A stretch of 25,136 bases of DNA. Source: a virus (lineage: Duplodnaviria; Caudoviricetes). Positions 8,365 to 17,731 of the stretch are shown here, in pieces (position 1 is the first letter of the stretch; every line of letters starts with the position of its first letter). The notes beneath the pieces were generated by a model. It did not search any database. It was given only the letters and a program-made list of their open reading frames with translations, and had not been told where the DNA came from. The translations under genes were made by a program, and so were the position numbers. The stretch lies in the IMG/VR virus record IMGVR_UViG_3300037843_000168, positions 1 through 25,136 of that record; one strand, written 5' to 3'.

Positions 8365-9630
8365 ATGCCAGGAGCCACTGTATCCCAAGCAATCGCTTCG
8401 CAACACGAATTTCTCCGCCCCGACCTGGAACTTCTCTACCTCGCGTCCTCGCGGCTTTGGTCGCGGATCAAGGCGCGTACCGATATCAAGGCAATCTCCA
8501 ACCGTCCCGCTCGTATCCCGTTTGAAGCGCTGAGCGGCGGAAAGTTCCGTTCGTGGAACCCGGATGGAGGCAACCTCGGTACCGGTAGCGGACCGACCGA
8601 AGTCTTCGGTAACTTGTCCTGCACGTTCTTCCTGCAAGCCAGCCAGTACAGCGCTCTTGCCGACTGGAGCACGGATACGGACGATAAGGCCATCAAGGCC
8701 TATGTCAGCCTGACCCAGCAACGTGCCGCCGAAACCATGGCTGGATACATGGAATCGGTGTTCGTCACCAGCGACGGCAGCAACACCATCGATACCGTCG
8801 TTTCAACCACCACGGGCGGACTGGTAGTCCACAATGCGAACTTCTTTCAGGATAACCAGGACATCGACTGCTATTCGGCGCTTACCGGTGCTCTGGGCTT
8901 CATCGCCACGGTAACCGTCGAATCCGTCGATATCGCGAACAACACGATCTGGCTGACCGGCGCCGTCCCTGGCGGTGTAACCGGTGGTACGTACTTGCTG
9001 GTTTCCGGTAGCGCGGGAGTCCCGAACTCCGGCTTGAATGGACTCCGCAATTACCTGGTCGGTGGCAATGCGGGCTCCTACATGGGAGTTCTGCGATCTT
9101 CGTACCCTGGGAAATTCAGCACTCCCGTTGTCAGCGTCAACGGCTCGCTGACCCCATCCATTGTCCGCGCGCTGCAAGCGCAGATCGAACTCGCCATCGG
9201 GATCGACAAGGCCGAGGCGGCCGAACTGGTTGCCCACTGCAATGTGGATATGCGCGCAGCCTGGGAGAATGTCGGCATCCAGATTACGCGCGTCATGTAC
9301 GGCGAAATCAAGGGCGATTCTTCGCTCGACATGCTCAAGAAGAACGCGCCCGGAGAAATCGCCGGTCGCGAGCTTCTGGTCAACGAGCGTGCACTCCCCG
9401 GCCTGATCGATTTTCTCGGGCTCAAGCATTGGTTCCGGCTGGAAACTAAGAGCTTGGACTACTACTCCATCCAAGGGCAAACGCTATTTCCGGCGTATGC
9501 GGCAGATGGCGGACTCGCCGCCAGCATGCTCTTCTACCTGGTAGTCGGGCTGCAAACCGGAGCTGCCCAGCCCCGTCTCAACGCATCCCTGACGAACATC
9601 ACGATCCCCCACGGGTACTTCGGCAATTAG
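8365..9630 (+). CDS. Major capsid protein (HK97 fold expected)
   Basis: About 421 aa. ATG 8365 is best spaced from SD GAGGT (alternative GTG 8359). Follows the scaffold. Has a beta-rich insertion, a LNGL motif and the C-terminal PRLNASLTNI typical of phage coats. Confidence 0.85.
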   Translation: MPGATVSQAIASQHEFLRPDLELLYLASSRLWSRIKARTDIKAISNRPARIPFEALSGGKFRSWNPDGGNLGTGSGPTEVFGNLSCTFFLQASQYSALADWSTDTDDKAIKAYVSLTQQRAAETMAGYMESVFVTSDGSNTIDTVVSTTTGGLVVHNANFFQDNQDIDCYSALTGALGFIATVTVESVDIANNTIWLTGAVPGGVTGGTYLLVSGSAGVPNSGLNGLRNYLVGGNAGSYMGVLRSSYPGKFSTPVVSVNGSLTPSIVRALQAQIELAIGIDKAEAAELVAHCNVDMRAAWENVGIQITRVMYGEIKGDSSLDMLKKNAPGEIAGRELLVNERALPGLIDFLGLKHWFRLETKSLDYYSIQGQTLFPAYAADGGLAASMLFYLVVGLQTGAAQPRLNASLTNITIPHGYFGN

Positions 9631-9635
9631 AATTT

Positions 9636-9688
9636 AATCCGGGGTGACGGCTTCTACCGCCTGCTGATTGGAGCCATCATCCTGGATT
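9636..9688 (+). other. Long imperfect stem-loop after the capsid gene
   Basis: AATCCGGGGTGACGGCTTC (9636-9654) pairs with GGAGCCATCATCCTGGATT (9670-9688): 18 of 19 positions including 3 G-U, 15-nt loop, no U tract. Confidence 0.7.
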
Positions 9689-9704
9689 GGAGTATGCTTA
9701 GGAG

Positions 9705-10424
9705 ATGGGAGTAGTTCAACCACTCAACGATCCGCAGACGACGCTACGCGTCTATCCGATGTCGATGGCCAGATTCGGCACCAATCCATATGGAGAGCCG
9801 CTATGGCGCATTGTTTTCGCCGAAAGTCGGAAATATTTGGTCGGCGGAACATGGGGCGATGGCTTGACCGAATACCGCTGGCGACCGACATACCGCCACA
9901 TCACGGATCTTTGCCTGTGCGGCCAAAATCACGATCCGGGAACGTGCCCCGACGCCCCAAAATGGGTTCTGGAAAAATGGCTTTCGGCCAAGGATTTCAC
10001 GCAAGGACAATCGGAACAGGCGTGGAATCTGAAGTATAGCCAACCCTGCGGGCTGTTGTTGCTGGGACCGTATCCATCGCGCGGCGAATACCAACATGCC
10101 CACACCTTCATGGTTCCGGTTGCCGATGCCAATCTAGACTGGCTGATAAGCGTAATCGACGCTGGTGCCCGAAAAAGCATGCAGGACAACCTAGATGCGT
10201 GTCGAGCCGACTACGATGCCGACACTAAGGCCAGGCGCTCGACGGTGGACGAGATGGTCCGTAATCGCATGTCGTCTTTTCTCAACAACGCTTTCGTCGG
10301 TGGTGCTGGAGTCAAGCGAGGTACCAAGACGGCCCCGTTGATTCGCACCGCTAACGAATTGAAACTTCCGACTGGAAATAACAAGTTCCGGGTCATGAAA
10401 CCAGCACTTCCAGCGCGACCGTGA
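9705..10424 (+). CDS. Hypothetical phage protein
   Basis: 239 aa, Trp-rich N-half, CLCGQNHDPGTC Cys/His insert, basic tail. AGGAG directly upstream. Confidence 0.75.
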   Translation: MGVVQPLNDPQTTLRVYPMSMARFGTNPYGEPLWRIVFAESRKYLVGGTWGDGLTEYRWRPTYRHITDLCLCGQNHDPGTCPDAPKWVLEKWLSAKDFTQGQSEQAWNLKYSQPCGLLLLGPYPSRGEYQHAHTFMVPVADANLDWLISVIDAGARKSMQDNLDACRADYDADTKARRSTVDEMVRNRMSSFLNNAFVGGAGVKRGTKTAPLIRTANELKLPTGNNKFRVMKPALPARP

Positions 10425-10449
10425 TAAGATTCGTACAAGGAGAACGAAA

Positions 10450-11238
10450 TTGGCCACGATCCCTTTGATCCTGACAGCCGACCAGGCGGAAGCTAGTGCC
10501 CAAGGCTTCATGCGTAAGCACGTGCGCGGCAGGAAATTGCCCACCTTGGCTCCAACCATGCAGAAGTTTTCCCGGGAGACTTCGGTCCATATCTACAACG
10601 TTGGTCCTTGGTACCACTGGTCATTCTTAGGGGATTGGGGCAGGTTCATGATCCCGGAATGCAAAGAAGGGGAACCGTATTCCCGAATGGAACCTATCCC
10701 TGGCATCTTCGTTGTTCCGGAGATCAAGGACGAATCTTCTTTCACGCTCACTCAGATCGACGGCATGGATGTGGCCGGAGAGATTCTCGGCATCGGCAAG
10801 AATTCCGCCTACTCGCAGTCGCAAGTGAAGATCGGAGCATTTATTGGGTCTCAGCGCGGCCCGGATGCAGTGCCGCTCCCGGAAGAACTGGAGCGCGCAA
10901 GTGCGATTCTCTTCCAGACATTCTCCGAGCTTTTCGAGGAGGCGGAAACCGCCAGCGCGAATGGCGACAAAGAGGGCGTGATTGGGGATCGACATCGCCT
11001 AGCCGCTCGCCGGTTGAATCGCGGGGATGTCAAATGGATGAAGACCGTCAGTCGCGGCAAGATGAAATCCTGCCCGAACTGCGGCACGGCGTCCGAGGAT
11101 GCAGTCGTGTCTTGCCCGACCTGCACATATGTTTTTGACCTGGACGCATTCAGGGAGATGAAATCCAGGCTGGCCGCAAACGTAGAGGAACCACGGCGCG
11201 GTCCTGGCCGTCCGCCGCTGGTACGCTCCCAGGAGTGA
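10450..11238 (+). CDS. Hypothetical protein with C-terminal zinc ribbon and AT-hook-like motif
   Basis: TTG start with SD AAGGAG. CPNCG-x9-CPTC and RRGPGRPP near the C-terminus. Confidence 0.78.
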   Translation: MATIPLILTADQAEASAQGFMRKHVRGRKLPTLAPTMQKFSRETSVHIYNVGPWYHWSFLGDWGRFMIPECKEGEPYSRMEPIPGIFVVPEIKDESSFTLTQIDGMDVAGEILGIGKNSAYSQSQVKIGAFIGSQRGPDAVPLPEELERASAILFQTFSELFEEAETASANGDKEGVIGDRHRLAARRLNRGDVKWMKTVSRGKMKSCPNCGTASEDAVVSCPTCTYVFDLDAFREMKSRLAANVEEPRRGPGRPPLVRSQE

Positions 11239-11241
11239 CCG

Positions 11242-12027
11242 TTGCCTACCGCTCCGCTGGATACGCTCGAAAGCGTTGTCAACACGGCGCGGAGCCGTCT
11301 CAATGATGCCATCGTAGCAATCGGTGGCGAAATTTTCACCGACAATTCCGCATTCGGGCTTACTGCTATCATCGCCGCGTGGCGCAGAACCCAGGAATAC
11401 CTAGCCAGCCGAGGATTTCAAGATCTGATCCAGGAAACGATTTTCAAAAATGTCACGGCTTGCGCAAGTCCAGATCAAGGCCAGTTCGTGTGGTTTAACT
11501 GGACGCAATATTTCGACGGAAATGCACCGCACAACACCCCAGTATTTCCGCAGAACATGATATACCCAATAGCCGTAGAGGAGCGCATCGGAGGCACAAC
11601 CGGGAATTTCACGCCCGTGGATCAATGCTTCGTCGGGCTCCCAACGGTAGCGAAAGGAGTCTTAAATCTCCTGTGGGAATGGCGTAACGAGTCGATCTAC
11701 ATGCCAGGAGCGACAGGGCCAACGGACATACGGTTGCGATTTGCGCAATTTTTGCCGGATTTCGTGTCGTCGTCCACCGACCCATGGAACAATCAGCCGG
11801 TTCCAATTATGCGCGTGCTCTCCTGCTTCGCCTGGTTCATTTGCTCCGAAGTCGCCCGTCCGCGCGGCGATATGGATGCCGGATATTTCGACCAGCAGGC
11901 TATCGCCGCGGCGGAGTTGGTGTTCGGGCGAGATTATCAGCCCGCGCAGCAGGTTTTCAAGCCTGCGGAACTCGCAAAGATGCCGGATCAAACTGAGCCA
12001 GTCGGCGGGCAAGGGCGTGGACAATGA
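11242..12027 (+). CDS. Putative head-tail adaptor / tail ring protein, paralog 1
   Basis: 261 aa, TTG start with SD GGAG. Lies between capsid and nozzle. N-terminal helix 'TL.S...AR.RLND', beta middle, helical end. Aligns with the next two ORFs. Confidence 0.65.
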   Translation: MPTAPLDTLESVVNTARSRLNDAIVAIGGEIFTDNSAFGLTAIIAAWRRTQEYLASRGFQDLIQETIFKNVTACASPDQGQFVWFNWTQYFDGNAPHNTPVFPQNMIYPIAVEERIGGTTGNFTPVDQCFVGLPTVAKGVLNLLWEWRNESIYMPGATGPTDIRLRFAQFLPDFVSSSTDPWNNQPVPIMRVLSCFAWFICSEVARPRGDMDAGYFDQQAIAAAELVFGRDYQPAQQVFKPAELAKMPDQTEPVGGQGRGQ

Positions 12028-12860
12028 CGGCTCCATACGATACCGTAAACAGCGTTCGCATCGCTGCCGAAGTGCGTCTCAATGGGCTTGTGAACACGCT
12101 CCAGCCTATTTCTGGACGCATTGTAAAAAATGATCAGGCGTTTTCGCAACAGGTGTTCAACAATTCCTTCAGGAGATTTCAGGAAGCTCTCGCAAATTTT
12201 AAGTATACCGGGCTCCAGCAGGAAACTACCTTCTCTGCCTTCCCCGCTGCACTCAGTAAGGACCCGTTGACACAGGTTACGCTTGGCTTCTATGGATATA
12301 CCGACAGCTATAATGGAAACTTGTCACCGATTCCGGCCCTACCCGCCAACATGATTCGACCTTATCAGATTTGGGAGAGGATCGCCGGCAGTGCAGCTTT
12401 ATTGACGGAAGTGGATATCCTCACCGATGCTTTGCCGAAGGTTCCCAAGGGACCGTGGAATCGTCAATGCCAGTGGCTTGACGACGCACTGCTTCTGCCT
12501 GGAGCATTGCAAACTACCGACATCGCGATGCTGTACGGTGCGTATATCGCTGATTTCGCCGACGTGCCGGCAAATCCTGGCCAGAATCAGGTGATCGGGC
12601 CATGGTATTTGCAGCCAGTTCCAATTCTGCGCTGTCAGGATCCGCTTGCTGATTTCATTTGCCGGGAGATCTTCTACGCGCGAGGAGACATGGACGCCGT
12701 TGCCGCAATTGAAGCAATGGCACAGGCCAGCACTCGACAACTAGCGGCACGAGACGCTACGGAGCCGGAATCGATATACAAGTCATCCGAGTTCGGTAAG
12801 ATGCGTGATCCATATACTCCCACGGAGGGCGGCCCAAGGTCGCAGATGGTGAGGAGATAA
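12024..12860 (+). CDS. Putative head-tail adaptor / tail ring protein, paralog 2
   Basis: 278 aa, ATGA-coupled. Shares DT..S, RLN, LP, ER..G, PG, QPVPI, IC.E and RGDMDA with paralog 1. Confidence 0.65.
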   Translation: MTAPYDTVNSVRIAAEVRLNGLVNTLQPISGRIVKNDQAFSQQVFNNSFRRFQEALANFKYTGLQQETTFSAFPAALSKDPLTQVTLGFYGYTDSYNGNLSPIPALPANMIRPYQIWERIAGSAALLTEVDILTDALPKVPKGPWNRQCQWLDDALLLPGALQTTDIAMLYGAYIADFADVPANPGQNQVIGPWYLQPVPILRCQDPLADFICREIFYARGDMDAVAAIEAMAQASTRQLAARDATEPESIYKSSEFGKMRDPYTPTEGGPRSQMVRR

Positions 12861-12861
12861 A

Positions 12862-13671
12862 ATGCCGATAATCCCTCCGCAGCAGGCATCGGTCTACGAC
12901 ACGTTGAACAGCATCATCCTTGCGGCAAAGGCACGCTTAAACGACCGCATCACGACGCTGTACCCGATCACCGGCAGAATACTTGAGAACAATCAATCAT
13001 TTTCGCTGCAAGTCTGCAACTCCGCATGGCGTAAGTTCCAAAACCGAGCCGCAGATCTTGGGTTCATGCAGTTGATAGGAGAGGCAGTCCTTTACCAGAT
13101 ACCGGTCGTGACAAGCTTGGATCCGGCTATCCAGGTATACCTCAATTGGTTCAATTATTTCGACGGACAGAATCTTCAGCAGCAACCCGTTCTTCCTCCC
13201 GACCTGGTTGTTCCCCTTAAGTGCGGGGAAAGGCTCACCGGATCACAAGCGAGCTTCAGCCCGATGGATCCGTGGGTAGACGGCCTTCCGAGACGCCCGA
13301 AGATGGCCGCAAATGTTTTCTGGGAGTGGCGCTCCGACGGGCTTTACATGCCCGGATCTCTCAACGTGATGGACATGTGGATCCGTTATAAACGCCGTCT
13401 CGCCGACTTCCAGGATTACGGACAGGATCAGTGGTTTAATCAGACTGTTCCGATTCTGGATTGTCAGGATGCGCTTTCCTACTACATCTGCGCTGAGTTC
13501 GAGGATGCCCGTGAGGACCTGAAGGGAAGCGATTTCCTGGCTAAGGCTGAGCAGGCGACGAATACCTTGGTGAACCGTGACATCAGCATGAAGCAGAGGA
13601 CGAACGTTAGGCGGCGCCCTCGCAGCGGACGTGGTGAGGGAAGCTCTTACGGCGGTGGTTTGTGGATATAA
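12862..13671 (+). CDS. Putative head-tail adaptor / tail ring protein, paralog 3
   Basis: 269 aa. Shares RLND, AWR, NW..YFDG, WEWR...YMPG, VPI and IC.E with paralog 1. Arg-rich tail. Confidence 0.65.
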   Translation: MPIIPPQQASVYDTLNSIILAAKARLNDRITTLYPITGRILENNQSFSLQVCNSAWRKFQNRAADLGFMQLIGEAVLYQIPVVTSLDPAIQVYLNWFNYFDGQNLQQQPVLPPDLVVPLKCGERLTGSQASFSPMDPWVDGLPRRPKMAANVFWEWRSDGLYMPGSLNVMDMWIRYKRRLADFQDYGQDQWFNQTVPILDCQDALSYYICAEFEDAREDLKGSDFLAKAEQATNTLVNRDISMKQRTNVRRRPRSGRGEGSSYGGGLWI

Positions 13672-13705
13672 TGTTGATGGCGCGCTGGCGCCAGAGGAGA
13701 ATGAA

Positions 13706-14083
13706 ATGGTAACCGTAACACCAGACCAGACTACACCTTTCGGCGGTATCGACAATACGGGGACGCTCATGTCCGTAGACGGTTCTCTGGCGCTTTCAGG
13801 GAACTACGGAGGCGCGGCCACTCATGGCGACACGATGGACTTGAGCAAACTGGGCGTGTCTTCGAGCCAATTGCCGGTCAAGGTGAGGGTCTACGAAGCG
13901 CCGGCGGCGGGAGTGCTCGCTACGGGCTACATCTTCATCTACTGCCACGGGACAACCCAGGCCAATGGCGTTCTGCAGATTCAAACGGCAATCGGTACCG
14001 AGTTCACGGAAGGCAATCCGTACAACACGACCTTTGCCAATTCCAATCTGCGATTCAAGGCGTTTTTCCCATCCCTGGTGTAG
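13706..14083 (+). CDS. Small beta-rich virion protein (cement/decoration-like or tail accessory)
   Basis: Start moved to ATG 13706 (SD GAGGAG). 125 aa with a Y..G..DLS..G...GY...Y......L.I....E...G pattern recalling phage decoration proteins. Confidence 0.55.
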   Translation: MVTVTPDQTTPFGGIDNTGTLMSVDGSLALSGNYGGAATHGDTMDLSKLGVSSSQLPVKVRVYEAPAAGVLATGYIFIYCHGTTQANGVLQIQTAIGTEFTEGNPYNTTFANSNLRFKAFFPSLV

Positions 14084-14098
14084 TCTGGAGCCTCCGAA

Positions 14099-17000
14099 GT
14101 GGCCTACAGTCCACAAAAGGGCGATGTGGAGGTATCCCTGTCGGTTTGGGGATCTCTCATCACCGAAACCCCTCCGGCATCGCTTCCCGAAGGAGTGAGT
14201 CCAGATAACGCCGATGTGGATTACGTCCCTGGTGCAGTCTTCAGTCGGGCCGCATTGCAGAAGGTGTTTCCCGTTCCATTTCCGGCGGGAGGTCCGAACG
14301 GGTACGTCCCAACAATCGTCTACGGTAAGACTTTCATAACCCCGCTGGGCGATGTGGAGAACCTATACTTTGACTCCAACGGGATTCTTTACTGGGAAGA
14401 CGTTACGAATGCGCCTGGATCTCTTACTCGTCTTGGTGCCTTTGCGCCTGGATCATTCTGCAAGTCAATTACGGCGTTCGGGCGAGAGTACATCGCCATT
14501 TCGGATGGATTGCATGGATCAGACGTTCCTCTCCAGTGGGATGGGGTGAATCTTGACAGGGTTACGCAAGATGGCCCAGGAGCTCCTCCTACCGTGTCAA
14601 GTATTGCCTTACCTTCCGTTTCTCTACAAACGACAGGGGCCATCGTTCTTCATTTGAGTGAGTGCGACCCTGCCAGTCCCTCAGGCGGGTACTTCACGAC
14701 CATCAACCTCTTCACACTCAGTTCGATCACTGGCATAAAAGTTGGGGATTCTGTCACGGTTGCCGGCTACACAGGAGCGTCCGCTCCAATGAATGGTGCA
14801 TGGCCAGTTCTCCAGGCGGTGCAGGGGAGCGGAGGTGGATCAAGTTTGCTGATCCTTGGCGCTTACTTGCCATCGAGCACCGTCTATTCGACAGCGCCAG
14901 CAACCGGCACCGTTCTCACTGGGACATTGGTTCGAAAGGGAAACACGGTAACTGCTAACTGTGTATCTCCGCACGGTCTCAAAGTTGGGTATCAGGCGCA
15001 GATATCCAACATAGTCGCAGCGGTCATTGGAACTTCGATATCGTACATCGTTATCGATAATGAGAACAACCCTGGAATTGCGACCGTAACGACGGCCACG
15101 CCACATGGGCTTGTACCAGAAATTTTCGTCAATATCCTTGGCGTTCAGCCGATCGCCGTTGGCACAGCAATCACGGCGATATCGTTCGCTGGGGGAATCG
15201 TCACAGTCACAACCAGTACAACTCACGGGCTGACACCAGGAGCAGTCGTTGGCATTTCCGGAACGACAAACTACAACGCCGGCGCTGTTGCTGTGGCAGG
15301 AACTCCATCGCCAACCACCTTCACCTATGCTTGGAATCCGGTTACAGCACCCGCCGCCGAATCCACTGGCAGCGTATCGCTTACCTGGCCAGTGCCGGAT
15401 ACTCAGGACCCGAGCTATTTCCAGATTCAGTCGTGCCCCACTGCGACATCCTTTCAAGTAGCAGTAACGTATTCGGATGGAACCTGGCTTAGCGGAATCG
15501 TAGCCTATCCATGGGACGGGACATTTTACGTGGCGGCGGTACCAACGCCGACGACATTTCAGTATCAGCACTATGGACCTGATGCGAGTTCCTCGACGGT
15601 CGGGACAGCTACACCATTCGGGCAAGCTGCCCCTGGGATTCATCAATGCCAAGTGCTATTCTTGACACGCAATGGGTACGTCACAGCTCCGAGCCCACCC
15701 GTGCAGTGGACAGCGCCAGGTGGCCAGTACGTCTCGATTTCTAATATTCCCATTGGCCCTGGAAACGTGGTTGCACGGATCCTGGCGTTCACTGGAGCAG
15801 ATGGCGATAGTTTTTTCTATATCCCGGCTACACCGGAAGAGAATGGACAGGTCGTCGGGACACCTACGCAGATAAACGATAATTCGACTACATCAGTTAC
15901 GCTTGATTTCAGCGATCCGACGTTGTTTCAATCACTCGGTATCGATATCCCAGGCAATGACTTGGCTGCGCAGATCGTAATTGACGGTGCGCTCGGATTC
16001 GGCCTTTATGCCAGCCGTCTTTTCACTTGGGGTCAGCGCAATCGAATCCAAAATCTTTTGAACATGGGATTCGATGGGGGCTACTTCCTGGTTCCGTCCG
16101 GTGGAGGATCCTCCGCGCCCGGACCTCCTGCCGGGTGGACCTATAACGGCACTGGCAACGCCATTGTCTACGATGCGCATTTTGGAATCGTCTGGGATAT
16201 CAACGTCATTTCCGGTGGAACTCCACAGGGCTCACTGAGCCAATCGATGTTTGAGGACGCCTACGGAGATCCTATTGCTACTCCGAACACGCCGTACTCC
16301 CTGCGCGTGTGGTTGCAGCCGCAATCGAATGGGTTTTCCGGTCTGACGTTTTTCGCGGTTATCAGCAGCTTTTCCACCGGATTCACATCCCAGGCTTCAA
16401 TTCCCGCCAGCGCGATGAACCAATCTGGGAGCTACTGTGAGGCGCAATTCTCGCTGCCGATTCCAGATGCAGCGATCCCAGCCGATTTAATACTGACCAT
16501 CTATGCCACAAATGGAGGTGGTGCCAATGTGAATCTCTGGGTGGATGATTTATCCATCATTTATGCGCAGACACCTTACACCGATACCGTGATGAATGCC
16601 AGCTATCCGAACAATCCCGAAGCGTTCGACGGCGTAGCCGGAGTCATCGGATCGACTCAGGACCAGCGCAAAATCATGGATTTTTCGGACATCCGCCAGA
16701 CGGCTTATTTTCTAACGCAGGATCCGAGTGGCAGGCTACATGAGTTCAGCGACAATGCCGCGGCGCAACCCGTTGACTGGGAAGTTCGGGAGGTAGCGGC
16801 AAACTGCGGGTTGCTGTCCGCATTCGCGCTTACAAAATCCCAAGCGGATGACTCAAGTTCGGCCGGAGGGGAAGAGTGGTTCGCCTGGGCGAGTTACTAC
16901 GGAGCGCGCATCTTTGGCGGTGACCAGCCGTGGAAAATATCGCAGGAAATCGAGCCGACGTGGGAAGCCCAACTCGACAGCGCGAATCCTGCTGGGCTGA

Positions 17001-17731
17001 TCACAAGTTGGGCGCTTAACGATCCCGTGAAGAAAATGCTGTTCTTTGGCATGCCAGCGAAAGATGCGCCGAGCATTATTTTTGCCGTGAGCTACCGGCA
17101 ACTGGACACGGCATACGCCATTGGCAATACCGGCCCTGTCCGGATCGGATTCAGCGGTCGCCTGATCGCTACGGATCACAGCAGGAAGTGGACCCGTTGG
17201 CGCATCACTGCGAATGGCGCGGCACTCATGGTGCGCTCCCCCGGCAGCATCCAGCCCGTATTTTTTGGAGGGAATGGGCAGCAGGTTGGGAACTCTGCTG
17301 GGTTTGGGAATGTCTATGTGCTGAACCAAGCCAGATACACCGACGACGATTATGGCCAGATCCGGGCCTACTACACCACAGCGTTTCTTCCCTCCAAGGA
17401 TCAAGAAGAAGCCACGCAAATGGGAGGGTATCGAAAGCTCCTGGTATACGTGATTTCGTATGCTACTGGGCTTGGCAATATGGTATTCCAGCCCTTGGTA
17501 AACCAACTCGGCAATGCATGGCCGATCACGGCGATGCGCCAATTATCATGGGCTCCGAATTACGACATGGAATTTGCCGGATGCTCCGCGCAGGGAAACC
17601 GTATAGCGCTCAGGATTGAATCGGTGCCGAACCCTCCCGTTACCAGCGCTACAGACAATTCTTTCAATATCCAAAGGCTGACGGCATTTGTGCGCAAGTG
17701 CGCAAGATTGCCTGTGCGGGGGGCCGCATGA
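14099..17731 (+). CDS. Tail nozzle / tail tubular protein B-like (P22 gp10 position) with inserted domains
   Basis: 1210 aa, GTG start. N-terminal L.T..PP.SLPEG.SP..DV.Y..G....R pattern, beta-propeller-like blades, KISQEI.P.W, C-terminal GNRIALRIES. Inserted HGL..G repeats and a CBM-like domain. Confidence 0.75.
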   Translation: MAYSPQKGDVEVSLSVWGSLITETPPASLPEGVSPDNADVDYVPGAVFSRAALQKVFPVPFPAGGPNGYVPTIVYGKTFITPLGDVENLYFDSNGILYWEDVTNAPGSLTRLGAFAPGSFCKSITAFGREYIAISDGLHGSDVPLQWDGVNLDRVTQDGPGAPPTVSSIALPSVSLQTTGAIVLHLSECDPASPSGGYFTTINLFTLSSITGIKVGDSVTVAGYTGASAPMNGAWPVLQAVQGSGGGSSLLILGAYLPSSTVYSTAPATGTVLTGTLVRKGNTVTANCVSPHGLKVGYQAQISNIVAAVIGTSISYIVIDNENNPGIATVTTATPHGLVPEIFVNILGVQPIAVGTAITAISFAGGIVTVTTSTTHGLTPGAVVGISGTTNYNAGAVAVAGTPSPTTFTYAWNPVTAPAAESTGSVSLTWPVPDTQDPSYFQIQSCPTATSFQVAVTYSDGTWLSGIVAYPWDGTFYVAAVPTPTTFQYQHYGPDASSSTVGTATPFGQAAPGIHQCQVLFLTRNGYVTAPSPPVQWTAPGGQYVSISNIPIGPGNVVARILAFTGADGDSFFYIPATPEENGQVVGTPTQINDNSTTSVTLDFSDPTLFQSLGIDIPGNDLAAQIVIDGALGFGLYASRLFTWGQRNRIQNLLNMGFDGGYFLVPSGGGSSAPGPPAGWTYNGTGNAIVYDAHFGIVWDINVISGGTPQGSLSQSMFEDAYGDPIATPNTPYSLRVWLQPQSNGFSGLTFFAVISSFSTGFTSQASIPASAMNQSGSYCEAQFSLPIPDAAIPADLILTIYATNGGGANVNLWVDDLSIIYAQTPYTDTVMNASYPNNPEAFDGVAGVIGSTQDQRKIMDFSDIRQTAYFLTQDPSGRLHEFSDNAAAQPVDWEVREVAANCGLLSAFALTKSQADDSSSAGGEEWFAWASYYGARIFGGDQPWKISQEIEPTWEAQLDSANPAGLITSWALNDPVKKMLFFGMPAKDAPSIIFAVSYRQLDTAYAIGNTGPVRIGFSGRLIATDHSRKWTRWRITANGAALMVRSPGSIQPVFFGGNGQQVGNSAGFGNVYVLNQARYTDDDYGQIRAYYTTAFLPSKDQEEATQMGGYRKLLVYVISYATGLGNMVFQPLVNQLGNAWPITAMRQLSWAPNYDMEFAGCSAQGNRIALRIESVPNPPVTSATDNSFNIQRLTAFVRKCARLPVRGAA

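Noticed and set aside
9590-9705. Capsid C-terminal extension by frameshift or readthrough
   Set aside because: No slippery heptamer near the stop, and an in-frame TAA follows shortly after TAG in one shifted frame. Nothing supports a fusion.
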